A stretch of 64,000 bases of DNA, taken from NCBI GenBank assembly GCA_018817165.1, contig JAHITY010000114.1, forward strand, positions 17,721 through 81,720. Reading direction: 5' to 3'. The notes beneath the pieces are model-generated. The model ran no database searches, was not told where the DNA came from, and saw nothing but the letters and a program-made list of their open reading frames with translations. This stretch comes from Candidatus Omnitrophota bacterium (GTDB lineage: Bacteria > Omnitrophota > Gorgyraeia > B26-G9). The position numbers were made by a program, and so were the translations under genes. Below, piece by piece: positions 47,391 through 56,444 of the stretch. Every line of letters begins with the position of its first letter. Position 1 is the first letter of the stretch.

Positions 47391-48926
47391 ATGCGAAAAA
47401 TGAAAGTTTTACTTGTAAGGTCGCCGAGATATTATTGGCCGTTTATAAATGAATATGATAACTTTTTGCTGCCGCAATCGCTTCCTTGCCTTGCTGCGGC
47501 TCTGCGTGCCAGTGGTATATCGGTAAAAGTTATTGATTGCATGCCGATGAAAATGGGATGGAAAAGTTTAGAAAATCAGATAAAAATTGAAAAACCGGAT
47601 GTTGTTGGTGTCGGTGATAGCGAATCAATGTATTCTAATGAGGCAGTCCGGGTTCTTAAAATCGCCAGGATGCTTAATCCGCAGGTAGTTACGGTTGCCG
47701 GCGGGGCTCATTTTTCTAATTTAGCCCATGAGTCTCTCAAGGAATTTCCGATAGATTTTATTGTCAAAGGGGAAGGCGAGATAACATTTGTTGAATTAGT
47801 TAAGGAAATTTCCAAATTAAATCCAGACTTTAATAGTGTAAATGGGATTCTGTTTCGCCAGGAAGATGTAATTATTGAAACCGCTCCGCGGAAACTAATC
47901 GAAAATTTAGACGATTTACCCTTACCTGCCTATGATTTAATGCCTATGGATCAGTATGGCCGAGCAAAATATCTTTTTTCCCCAGGAGGGATAACAATCC
48001 ATCATAGTCGAGGCTGTATAAGCAATTGTGATTTTTGTGTGTGGTGGGTTCAAATGGCAGAAAAAACAATAGAAAATGGAGAAGTTAAATTAACCCCCCG
48101 TTGGAGAACAAAAAGTGTTGAGAGAACTATCGAAGAAATCGAATTATTATATTATACCTATAAAAAGAAATTTTTTATTTTTGTTGATGATTCTTGGAAC
48201 ATTGATCCTGATTGGAGTAATCGATTTGCCGAAGCAATTTTAGAGAAAAAAATGAAAATTAACTGGTTCGCTTTTTTGCGGGCAGATTGCATAATCAGAG
48301 ATGAGAAACTGGGAGTTATGGAAAAATTAGTTCGTTCAGGATTAAGGCATATCTCTGTTGGTGGAGAAAGAGCCGAAGATGATGAACTGAATGAAATTGG
48401 CAAAAAATGCTATAAGATCGATATGGTAAAAGAAGCCTTGGATATTTTTCGAAAAAAGTATCCGCAGGTTTTTACACAGGTAACTTTTATTGTTGGGGTT
48501 AGGAATGAAACTAAAAAAACGATGATGAATCAGCTGGCTTATGCTAAATCGCTTAAGGTAGATTATCCCGCTTTTCACCCAATCACTCCTGTGCCGGGAA
48601 CAAAGCTTTGGGATCAAGCCAAAGCCGAAGGCTGGTTGGAAATCACAGATTTTTCATATTATGATTGGTCAACACCGGTAATGGCTTCAAAAGATTTATC
48701 TCGGGACCAGATTGATGATTTATTGTATACTATCAATAAATCATATGCTTCATTTTGGTGGTTATTAAAGGGTTTGTGTAGTTTATATCCGCATAAACGG
48801 AATATGTATATTTGGTGGGTTTTAGTTGTTTTTAAAATGTTTTGGGATTCGCTGAAATCTTGGGTAAATCCGTTTAAGTTTAAAGAGTATATTAGAATTG
48901 TTAAACCTAAATGGTATGATGATTGA
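47391..48926 (+). CDS. B12-binding radical SAM protein (BchE-like class)
   Basis: PQSLPCLAAAL, AGGAHFS, KGEGE, SRGCISNCDFC, FVDD, ITPVPGTKLW. ATG 47391 follows GGAG. Confidence 0.9.
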   Translation: MRKMKVLLVRSPRYYWPFINEYDNFLLPQSLPCLAAALRASGISVKVIDCMPMKMGWKSLENQIKIEKPDVVGVGDSESMYSNEAVRVLKIARMLNPQVVTVAGGAHFSNLAHESLKEFPIDFIVKGEGEITFVELVKEISKLNPDFNSVNGILFRQEDVIIETAPRKLIENLDDLPLPAYDLMPMDQYGRAKYLFSPGGITIHHSRGCISNCDFCVWWVQMAEKTIENGEVKLTPRWRTKSVERTIEEIELLYYTYKKKFFIFVDDSWNIDPDWSNRFAEAILEKKMKINWFAFLRADCIIRDEKLGVMEKLVRSGLRHISVGGERAEDDELNEIGKKCYKIDMVKEALDIFRKKYPQVFTQVTFIVGVRNETKKTMMNQLAYAKSLKVDYPAFHPITPVPGTKLWDQAKAEGWLEITDFSYYDWSTPVMASKDLSRDQIDDLLYTINKSYASFWWLLKGLCSLYPHKRNMYIWWVLVVFKMFWDSLKSWVNPFKFKEYIRIVKPKWYDD

Positions 48927-48982
48927 TATTTGAGTAGTATTAGCCTATCTAATTTGGTTTTTAAGGGGAATTTGTTTGAATT

Positions 48983-49678
48983 ATGAAGTTATCAATAATT
49001 ATTCCAGTTTACAATGAACAAGATACGCTTAAGGAATTGTTAGCGAAAATTCAAAGAGTTCAATTGAATGGAGTGCTTAAAGAAATAATCATAGTGGATG
49101 ATAGTTCAAATGATAGGAGTAAATCTATATTTGATAATCTCAAATCTTCAGATATAATAAAGCTATATCATAAGCATAATCAAGGCAAGGCCGCGGCGAT
49201 CAAAACTGGTCTGGTGCGGGCCAGCGGAGATTTAATCCTGATCCAGGATGGGGATCTTGAATATGATCCAAGTGATTATCCGGCTTTGCTCGAGCCGATT
49301 TTGAGCAATCAAGCGGATGTTGTTTATGGTTCGCGATTTTTAACCGGAAAGAACAAAGCATATTTTCCCTATTTAGTCGCAAATAAATTTTTGGTTTGGT
49401 TGACTAATATTTTATATGGAAGCTGTTTAACTGATATGGAAACCTGCTATAAGCTTTTTAGAAAAGAAATACTCGTAAATCTGAAGATTAAAGCCAAAGG
49501 GTTTGAGTTTGAACCTGAAGTGACAGCAAAATTACTTCTGCGGAAAGTTCAAATTATGGAAGTGCCGATTTCTTATGTTCCGCGTTCCAAAAAAATGGGA
49601 AAAAAAATAGGTTTTTTTGACGGTCTTATGTCGATTTATATATTGATTAAATATAAATTGGCAAGGGAGGCAAAATGA
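48983..49678 (+). CDS. GT2 polyprenol-phosphate glycosyltransferase (DPM1-like)
   Basis: SIIIPVYNE, NQGK, IQDGDLEYDP, VYGSRF, TDMETCYK, FEFEPE, GKKI. Confidence 0.9.
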   Translation: MKLSIIIPVYNEQDTLKELLAKIQRVQLNGVLKEIIIVDDSSNDRSKSIFDNLKSSDIIKLYHKHNQGKAAAIKTGLVRASGDLILIQDGDLEYDPSDYPALLEPILSNQADVVYGSRFLTGKNKAYFPYLVANKFLVWLTNILYGSCLTDMETCYKLFRKEILVNLKIKAKGFEFEPEVTAKLLLRKVQIMEVPISYVPRSKKMGKKIGFFDGLMSIYILIKYKLAREAK

Positions 49679-50655
49679 TTCAGAGGGTATGCGCGCTGAT
49701 TACTACTACCGAGAAAAATAAAAAACAATTAGAGAATTTGGTAAGTTCGCTTTGTCATCAGACTGAGCAGATTGAAAAGGTTGTTATTATTTATGATGGC
49801 GCGCATCGGCCGGACAGACAGTCTTTTGAGGATTGTCCGGTTCAGATTAACTGGGTTGATAATAATGAAAACAAATCTCTGACTCTTTTGCAGAATCAGA
49901 CAATTAGTTTTATTGATGAAGATTTTGTTTTACAGTTAAATGATGATGTTATTTTAACTGATAACTTTACCGCGGAATTATTGCAAGCAATGAATCAGGA
50001 TAACTCTATCGGCATGGTTTGCGGTAAATTATTAAGGATGGATAAGTCTACAATCGATACTGCCGGGCAACTCCTAGGTAAAAAACGTACTCCGGTGGAA
50101 CGCGGATATGGAAAGCCTGATGCCGGACAATTTGATCAGGAATGTTTTGTTTTTGGTTCATGCGGCGCAGCTGTATTATTAAGAAAAACTATGTTGGAAG
50201 ATTGCGCTATAGCGGAAAATGAATATTTTGATAATGATTATAATATGTTTTATGAGGATTTCGATCTTTCCTGGAGAGCGGCAAATCTTGGCTGGAAAGC
50301 TTTTTATAATCCGCGGGCATTAGCTTTTCATGAACGCGGCGCAACGGCTAAAGAAAAACGTCCGGTTTTTGAATTTTTGCGGGCGTATAATTTTGCTTGG
50401 CTGAGTGCTAAATTAAAAAGTGATTTAATGAAGAATCGATATATGACAATCATAAAAAATGAGAGTTTTAAGGGGTTTATTTTAAACGCTCCTTTCATTT
50501 TAATTTATGAAGCCAAGCTTTTTCTTTACTGTTTAATTTTTGAACCAAAAGTAATTGTAAATATATTTTTTAGTTTCCCGGTTATAATTAAAGCTTTTAA
50601 AAAAAGAGCAAAGTTAAACAAGAAAATAAAAGCTATGAAAAAGCTAAGTAAATAA
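49675..50655 (+). CDS. Glycosyltransferase family 2
   Basis: LNDDV, GMVCGKLLR, FGSCGAAVL, FYEDFDLSWR, RNRY-like tail; related to 25773. Confidence 0.85.
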   Translation: MIQRVCALITTTEKNKKQLENLVSSLCHQTEQIEKVVIIYDGAHRPDRQSFEDCPVQINWVDNNENKSLTLLQNQTISFIDEDFVLQLNDDVILTDNFTAELLQAMNQDNSIGMVCGKLLRMDKSTIDTAGQLLGKKRTPVERGYGKPDAGQFDQECFVFGSCGAAVLLRKTMLEDCAIAENEYFDNDYNMFYEDFDLSWRAANLGWKAFYNPRALAFHERGATAKEKRPVFEFLRAYNFAWLSAKLKSDLMKNRYMTIIKNESFKGFILNAPFILIYEAKLFLYCLIFEPKVIVNIFFSFPVIIKAFKKRAKLNKKIKAMKKLSK

Positions 50656-50668
50656 TGAAAGCAAATAA

Positions 50669-52342
50669 ATGAGTTACCTGATAATTTTCATGTTAGCGAT
50701 AAGAGCTTTTATCTGTGAGAAAACTTGGCCAACTGCGGGAATTTTTTTTGATATTTGTTTTTGTTTGTGTTTTTTACTCTATATTCTAATTGATCCTAAG
50801 CTGAGAGTAAGCAGGAAATACTTTATTTATCCGCTCATTTACTCTGGCCTTTTGCTCCTGAATACATTTTTTTCAGTAAATTCCTATAATAGTCAAAATG
50901 AAATAGTTAAATTATGGGTATACATGCTCATATTTTATTTTGTTTATTGGCAGAATCAAAAAAACCGCAGACTGCTTATAGGTTCAATATGCGCCATAAG
51001 TCTGTTTATAAGCTTGCGGGCAATTTATCAGTATGCTTTCGGACTAGAATATATTAAGCAGCATTATGCATATGCCCAGATTGTTGAGCAAGGGTTTTAT
51101 GCTTTAGAAATGCTCAAACAAAAAAGAGTTGTTTCCTGGTTTTTGTCCCCAAATCTGCTTGCTGGATATTTGGTGATGATCGCCCCTTTAGCGGGAGCGT
51201 ATGGGTTTGAGAGTTTTAAACAACAAAAAATAAACCAGAGTATATTTTTCACGCTTATTTTTATTTGCTCAGCCGTGGGTTTATATTTTACGGGTTCTTG
51301 GGGTGCTTATCTGGGGTTCGCGATAGCGATGCTATTTATTATATTAAATCCTTTGGGCAATAAAACTGCTTTAATTGAAAGTCGAAAAAAGAATAATAAG
51401 TTGATCCTCGGCGGAGTTTTTTTTCTGCTTATTTTAGCCGCTTTATTCAGCCAAAGAGCCAAATATTTTATTGACCTAGCAAATCCTCAGAACTCTTTGG
51501 TGCAGCGTTTGTATTATTCGCAGGCTGCCGTTAAGATGATAAAGGAAAATCCTTTGACCGGTATTGGCTTGGGTAATTTTGGACTTGTTTATCCTCAATT
51601 CAAGCAAATAAACGCCAATGAAACAATTTACGCGCATAATATTTTTCTGCAATTATGGGCGGAGCTGGGAACGATAATTTTTATTTGTTTTATATTTTTT
51701 GCGATCTATCTATTATCCCGTTTTTTAAAAAAATTAAGACAACAGCGGGAAGTTGGTTTGATCGCGGCCAGCCTTGCTTTTTTGGTTTATAATTTTTTTG
51801 ACTATAGTCTAATGATCACTCAAAGCGGTTATGTTTTTTTTATTGTCATTGCTTGTTTATTTAAACCGCAGGAGGATTCTTACCCAGAAAAAAATAATCG
51901 ATTTACCCCAGATAATTTTTTAAATAAAACAAGTTTTATTGTAATCTGCGGAGTAATGATTATGTTTTTAACTGCGGAGTATTGCTCTCTAAGATCATTA
52001 GATAAAGCTGATCAATTTTTAAAACAAGGGCAAACAGACAAAGCTTTGGTCCTGGCAAACACAGCTTTGAAATTTAGAGTAAATAATGACCAGATATATT
52101 ATTTTATCGCAGTATGTTATCAGCAAAAAGCAGGTAAATTATTTTCTCCTACAGCAGCTGCTTATTATTGCCAAGCAATACGCTTAAATCCAAAATATGC
52201 TTTTTATTATGCCTATCTTGGGGATTATTATTTTTCGCATAAACTTTATCCGCAGGCAAAAAAAGCTTATCAGCAGGCAATAAAACATTATCCGCATAAT
52301 AAAAAATTCAAAGAAATCTATAGCCAGATACAAGGTCAATAG
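50669..52342 (+). CDS. O-antigen ligase / O-oligosaccharyltransferase family protein with C-terminal TPR repeats
   Basis: SPNLLAGYL, TGSWGA, R...ENPLTGIGLGNF, YAHNIFLQLWAELG; TPR motifs AIRLNPKYA and AYQQAIKHYP. Confidence 0.85.
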   Translation: MSYLIIFMLAIRAFICEKTWPTAGIFFDICFCLCFLLYILIDPKLRVSRKYFIYPLIYSGLLLLNTFFSVNSYNSQNEIVKLWVYMLIFYFVYWQNQKNRRLLIGSICAISLFISLRAIYQYAFGLEYIKQHYAYAQIVEQGFYALEMLKQKRVVSWFLSPNLLAGYLVMIAPLAGAYGFESFKQQKINQSIFFTLIFICSAVGLYFTGSWGAYLGFAIAMLFIILNPLGNKTALIESRKKNNKLILGGVFFLLILAALFSQRAKYFIDLANPQNSLVQRLYYSQAAVKMIKENPLTGIGLGNFGLVYPQFKQINANETIYAHNIFLQLWAELGTIIFICFIFFAIYLLSRFLKKLRQQREVGLIAASLAFLVYNFFDYSLMITQSGYVFFIVIACLFKPQEDSYPEKNNRFTPDNFLNKTSFIVICGVMIMFLTAEYCSLRSLDKADQFLKQGQTDKALVLANTALKFRVNNDQIYYFIAVCYQQKAGKLFSPTAAAYYCQAIRLNPKYAFYYAYLGDYYFSHKLYPQAKKAYQQAIKHYPHNKKFKEIYSQIQGQ

Positions 52343-52450
52343 TAGGGGCCGATGGCTGTCGGCCCGTGACAATACCGCGCGAAATTAAAATATAAAATAA
52401 AATTTGTATAATTTTTAAACTATAACGGGCGGCCAGCCAGCCGCCCCTAC
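52342..52450. repeat. REP doublet (REPIN-like)
   Basis: 52342-52366 gtaggggccgatggctgtcggcccg and 52426-52450 cgggcggccagccagccgcccctac; inverted counterpart of 63314-63449. Confidence 0.85.
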
Positions 52451-52473
52451 TTTTATTTTCTGCTTTTTTTAAT

Positions 52474-52549
52474 CGCAATACGCAATACTCAATACGCAAT
52501 ACGTTTTTTGCTTTTACCCTTTTCCTAATCGCTAACCGTTATCCGCTGC
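52474..52549. repeat. Heptamer tandem repeats
   Basis: cgcaata-cgcaata-ctcaata-cgcaata, then ctaatcg-ctaaccg-ttatccg-ctgc (reverse-complement relative of 20578). Confidence 0.65.
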
Positions 52550-52642
52550 TTTTTACCCCATACACTATCTTGTAGTCATGCACGACTTAACCCCCTGTAA
52601 ATAGTATAATTAAATATTTTTTAAAAAAGTTATGTTTTTTAG

Positions 52643-52671
52643 TTGACAGACCGTGAAAAATAAAGTATATT
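52643..52671 (+). promoter_or_regulatory. sigma70 promoter of the dcw operon
   Basis: TTGACA-17 nt-TATATT directly upstream of mraZ. Confidence 0.75.
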
Positions 52672-52678
52672 TAGTTAT

Positions 52679-52704
52679 GTGGAGAAAAGTGGGGGGAAGT
52701 GGGG
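52679..52704 (+). promoter_or_regulatory. MraZ-binding direct repeats
   Basis: GTGGAG-aaaa-GTGGGG-ggaa-GTGGGG at 10-bp periodicity, the known MraZ operator pattern. Confidence 0.85.
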
Positions 52705-52707
52705 TCT

Positions 52708-53148
52708 ATGTTCTACGGTGAATTTGAACATTCATTAGACAAAAAAAACAGAGTTATTATTCCTGCTAAGTTTCGAGAGGCAGTTAGAAATAGCTTTGGC
52801 GAGAAATTTTTTATTACTCGCGGTCTTGATGGATGTTTGTTTGTTTTTACCGAGGATGAATGGAAACGCCAGGAGCAGAAATTTAAGGCTTTATCATTTA
52901 CCAAAGCTGAAGCAAGAAGATTTAATCGTTTATTCTTTTCCGGAGCTAGTGAAATTACCTGCGATACCCAAGGAAGGGTTTTGATTCCGCAATATCTCAA
53001 AGAATTTGCCCAGATTGACAAGGATGTTTTAATTATTGGTGTTGCTAACAGAATAGAAATCTGGAGCAAACACAGCTGGAAGGAATTTTATGATAACACT
53101 AGAGAGACCTTTGAAGAGACTGCAGAAAAACTCATGGGTCTGGAGTGA
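52708..53148 (+). CDS. mraZ: Transcriptional regulator MraZ
   Basis: MFYGEFEHSLDKKNRVIIPAKFR, TRGLDGCL, DTQGRVLIP, RIEIW. ATG 52708; the GTG at 52699 lies in the operator. Confidence 0.96.
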   Translation: MFYGEFEHSLDKKNRVIIPAKFREAVRNSFGEKFFITRGLDGCLFVFTEDEWKRQEQKFKALSFTKAEARRFNRLFFSGASEITCDTQGRVLIPQYLKEFAQIDKDVLIIGVANRIEIWSKHSWKEFYDNTRETFEETAEKLMGLE

Positions 53149-53170
53149 ACATAAACAAGAAGAAAAACAG

Positions 53171-54058
53171 ATGAGCCAACACGTTCCTGTGATGCTTAAT
53201 GAGGTTTTATCGTACTTGAAACTTTCGCCAGGGAAGGTGATCGTAGATTGTACTTTGGGGGAAGCAGGGCACAGTGAAGGCATATTGAGAAAGATAACGC
53301 CTGGCGGTCAGCTGATCGGCATAGATCAGGATGATGATGCCTTAAGTCTTAGCCGTCGGCGTCTTTCTTGTTTTGATGGATCTTTTACTCTTTTAAATAA
53401 AAATTTTCAAGGTATCAAGGATGTAATACAAAACCTTGGGTTAAACGCCATGGATGGCGTCCTTTTTGACCTTGGAGTTTCTAACCTGCAATTTACTGAC
53501 CCGGAACGCGGTTTTAGTTTTCAATTTGATGGACCGCTGAACATGCGCATGGATAAAAAAGCCCAGATAACGGCTTTTGATCTGATAAATAATCTTTCTG
53601 AAGAAGAATTGGCGAATTTGATTTTCAAGTTTGGTGAGGAAAGACTTAGCCGGAGGATCGCGCATCGGATTATCAGTCATCGCAATAAAAAAGTAATTAA
53701 TACAACTCAGGAATTAGCGGAGATCGTGGTGGAAGCGTTTCCGATAAAACAAAGATATAAAAAAATCCATCCCGCGACCAGAACTTTTATGGCTTTAAGA
53801 ATCGCGGTTAATCGTGAATTAGAAGTTCTCCAATCAGCGCTTACTGATGCGATTGATTTACTCAGTCCCGGAGGAAGAATATGTGTAATATCATTTCATT
53901 CTTTAGAGGACAGAATTGTTAAGCATGAATTTAGATCGCAGGCAAAAAATGGAGTTTTAAAAATAATTACCAAAAGACCTTTGGTGGCCTCAGAGCAGGA
54001 ATTAGCGGAAAATCGAAAAAGTCGTAGTGCCAAGTTACGGGTAGCTGAAAAAATTTAG
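53171..54058 (+). CDS. rsmH: 16S rRNA m4C1402 methyltransferase RsmH
   Basis: HVPVMLNEV, DCTLGEAGHS, DLGVS, RGFSF, HPATRTFMALRIAVNREL, ISFHSLEDRIVK, RSAKLR. Confidence 0.96.
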   Translation: MSQHVPVMLNEVLSYLKLSPGKVIVDCTLGEAGHSEGILRKITPGGQLIGIDQDDDALSLSRRRLSCFDGSFTLLNKNFQGIKDVIQNLGLNAMDGVLFDLGVSNLQFTDPERGFSFQFDGPLNMRMDKKAQITAFDLINNLSEEELANLIFKFGEERLSRRIAHRIISHRNKKVINTTQELAEIVVEAFPIKQRYKKIHPATRTFMALRIAVNRELEVLQSALTDAIDLLSPGGRICVISFHSLEDRIVKHEFRSQAKNGVLKIITKRPLVASEQELAENRKSRSAKLRVAEKI

Positions 54059-54085
54059 TTGTTTTTCCATAAAAGGGATTTGCTA

Positions 54086-54460
54086 ATGAGATTGAAAAAT
54101 ATCATAATATGTTTAGTTATAACTACCTCTATTTGCTTGGCTTATGTTAGACAACAAGTTGAAATAGTTAAATTGAGTTATGTTCTGCGGGATAAAGAAA
54201 AATGTTTAAATCAGCTGGTTGACCATAATAAAACTTTATTATACAATAATATGAGTCTGAAATCACCGCAGTATTTGGCAAGCATGCTTGAACAGAATAA
54301 AATGGTTTTAAGTTTTCCTGAACCAGCGGCCGTGGCAAAAGTCAGGGTAATCCGTAAGGCTCAGCAGCAATTTGCAAAAACACCGGGATTGAGTTGGAAA
54401 ACTAATCTTTTTGATGTTCTTGTTCCTAAAGCACAAGCCGCTTCAGATAAAAGAGAATAG
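54086..54460 (+). CDS. ftsL: FtsL-like cell division protein
   Basis: Position between rsmH and ftsI; single TM plus coiled coil (YVRQQVEIVKLSY...LKSP). Confidence 0.7.
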   Translation: MRLKNIIICLVITTSICLAYVRQQVEIVKLSYVLRDKEKCLNQLVDHNKTLLYNNMSLKSPQYLASMLEQNKMVLSFPEPAAVAKVRVIRKAQQQFAKTPGLSWKTNLFDVLVPKAQAASDKRE

Positions 54461-54524
54461 TTTTTTCTGCTTAATAGTTTAAACTTTAATTTAACATTCA
54501 TCAAAGAAGGATCAATCAACTAAC

Positions 54525-56246
54525 GTGCACAAGCGGCAGGAAAAGCTTCGTTTTGCAGTAGTATTTTTCGCTTATCTTTTTATTCTGCTGATTATTTTTT
54601 TTCGATTGCTTTATATTCAGGTATTGAATTATGATGATTATATTAAGCTTGCTGATTCTCAGCATAATCTCACTTTAAAACTTTCTCCGCAAAGAGGCTC
54701 GATCCTTGACCGCAATTTAAAAACATTTGCTATGAGCTTAAAAGTATCTTCTGTTTATGCCGTTCCTCGGGTAATAAAGAATAAATCAGAAGTTGCCGCG
54801 AAACTTTCCAAAATCTTAGATATCGATTACAATAATCTATTAGAAAAATTAAATCGTGATAAAGCTTTTGTCTGGGTTAAACGCCGAATCGATGATTCTT
54901 TGGCTGAGCGCTTAACACAGGAACCTATTCCCGGGGTTTCGCTGCTTACTGAAAATAAAAGATATTATCCGAATAATGGCTTGGCAGCTCATGTTGTTGG
55001 TTTTGCCGGCATTGATGAACAGGGCTTGTCCGGCGTGGAATTGATTTATGACAAGTATTTAAAAGGGCAGTTCGGAACAAGGTCCATGCTTCGCGATGCG
55101 AAGCAGCGGATGATGCCGGCTTTTGAATTTGAATATATTCCGGAGATAAATGGTTACAATATTGTTTTAACGATTGATCAGGTTATCCAGCATATTGCCG
55201 AACAGGCACTCGACGCGGGGTTTGCCAAAAGTAAAGCAGTCGGCGCATCGGTTATTGTCATGAATCCGGAAAATGGGGAAATTTACGCTTTGGTAAATCG
55301 TCCGGGTTATGATCTGAATGCTTTTGGCAATGCTGATCCTGAGGCCAAGCGTAATCGGGCGGTTAGTGATTATTTTGAGCCAGGCTCGACTTTTAAAATA
55401 ATTACCGCCAGCGCGGCGATAGAAGAAAAAGTTGTGGCTTTGGATGAGGTATTTTTTTGTGAAAACGGCGAGTATAAAATATCCCGCCATATTTTGCATG
55501 ATCATAAACCGCATGGAAATCTCAGTTTTGTGGAAGTTATTGAAAAATCCAGCAATATCGGTACAGTAAAAGTCGCCCAGAAATTAGGCGAAAAATTATT
55601 ATATGAATATATTAAAAGATTTGGTTTTGGCGAAAAAACAAATATTGATTCACCGGGAGAAGTCGCTGGTTTTTTTCGGCCGCTTAAACAATGGTCGAAA
55701 CTTTCTATTTCCGCCTTGCCGATTGGTCATGAAATTGGGGTAACCGTAATTCAGATGGCCCGGGCAATGGCGGTTATTGCTAATGGCGGTTATCAGGTCA
55801 ATCCGCATTTAGTTGATAAAATCATTGATAAGAATAATGAAATTATAAAAGACATTGAGTTTGAACCGCAACCGCGGATTATCAGTGAGCAGACTGCAGC
55901 AACAATGCGCGGTATTTTGAAGGGCGTTGTCGATAATGGCACGGGTAAAAGCGCGCAAGTTAAAGGATACTCCACCGCGGGAAAAACCGGTACTGCTCAA
56001 AAAGTAATCCCCGGAGAGGGATATTCGCATAGTAAATTTATTGCTTCATTTATCGGGTTTGCTCCGGTTGATAAACCAAAAGTAGTGATTGCGGTTGTTT
56101 TTGATGAGCCCAGACCGTTTTATTATGGCGGTACTGTCTGTGCTCCGATATTTAAGAACATTGCGGAAAAAGTATTAAAATATTTAGATGTGCCCATGGA
56201 AGAAGGCTTAGAAAATAGAAGTAGTGTTGTAACTGATAAAGACTAG
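54525..56246 (+). CDS. ftsI: Class B penicillin-binding protein (FtsI/PBP3)
   Basis: RGSILDRN, RYYP, EPGSTFK (SxxK), SSN, GKTGTAQ. Confidence 0.93.
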   Translation: MHKRQEKLRFAVVFFAYLFILLIIFFRLLYIQVLNYDDYIKLADSQHNLTLKLSPQRGSILDRNLKTFAMSLKVSSVYAVPRVIKNKSEVAAKLSKILDIDYNNLLEKLNRDKAFVWVKRRIDDSLAERLTQEPIPGVSLLTENKRYYPNNGLAAHVVGFAGIDEQGLSGVELIYDKYLKGQFGTRSMLRDAKQRMMPAFEFEYIPEINGYNIVLTIDQVIQHIAEQALDAGFAKSKAVGASVIVMNPENGEIYALVNRPGYDLNAFGNADPEAKRNRAVSDYFEPGSTFKIITASAAIEEKVVALDEVFFCENGEYKISRHILHDHKPHGNLSFVEVIEKSSNIGTVKVAQKLGEKLLYEYIKRFGFGEKTNIDSPGEVAGFFRPLKQWSKLSISALPIGHEIGVTVIQMARAMAVIANGGYQVNPHLVDKIIDKNNEIIKDIEFEPQPRIISEQTAATMRGILKGVVDNGTGKSAQVKGYSTAGKTGTAQKVIPGEGYSHSKFIASFIGFAPVDKPKVVIAVVFDEPRPFYYGGTVCAPIFKNIAEKVLKYLDVPMEEGLENRSSVVTDKD

Positions 56247-56276
56247 CTGAAAACTGAATACAGAGACCGGAAAAAC

Positions 56277-56407
56277 AGCGGGCAAAGGTTTAACGGTAAC
56301 GAAGCCCGTATCGGTAACGTAGAACGGTTAGGGTGAAAATAATAAATTTAAAGACGACAGCCCTTACCGTAAGACGAAACGGGCATCGTAACCCTGACCG
56401 TAACCTT
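56277..56407. repeat. ~130-bp imperfect palindromic intergenic repeat, copy 1
   Basis: Shares agcggg-aaaggt...cccgtatcggtaa...aacggtta...acgaaacgggcatcgtaacc...taacctt with 57995-58118. Confidence 0.75.
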
Positions 56408-56444
56408 GTGACATTGTGTCATTGTAATATAATGGAGGAGTATT

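Noticed and set aside
24747-48926. Specific assignment of rSAMs as hopanoid (HpnH/J/P), BchE or archaeal-type lipid enzymes
   Set aside because: Only family-level motifs are visible, and no squalene-hopene cyclase or chlorophyll genes are in the window. Gene symbols were withheld.
14933-54085. Extended ORF-track starts (14933, 27744, 38423, 42071, 47379, 52699, 53090, 54059)
   Set aside because: They overlap upstream genes or operator/SD sequences. Downstream ATGs match family N-termini or SD spacing better.
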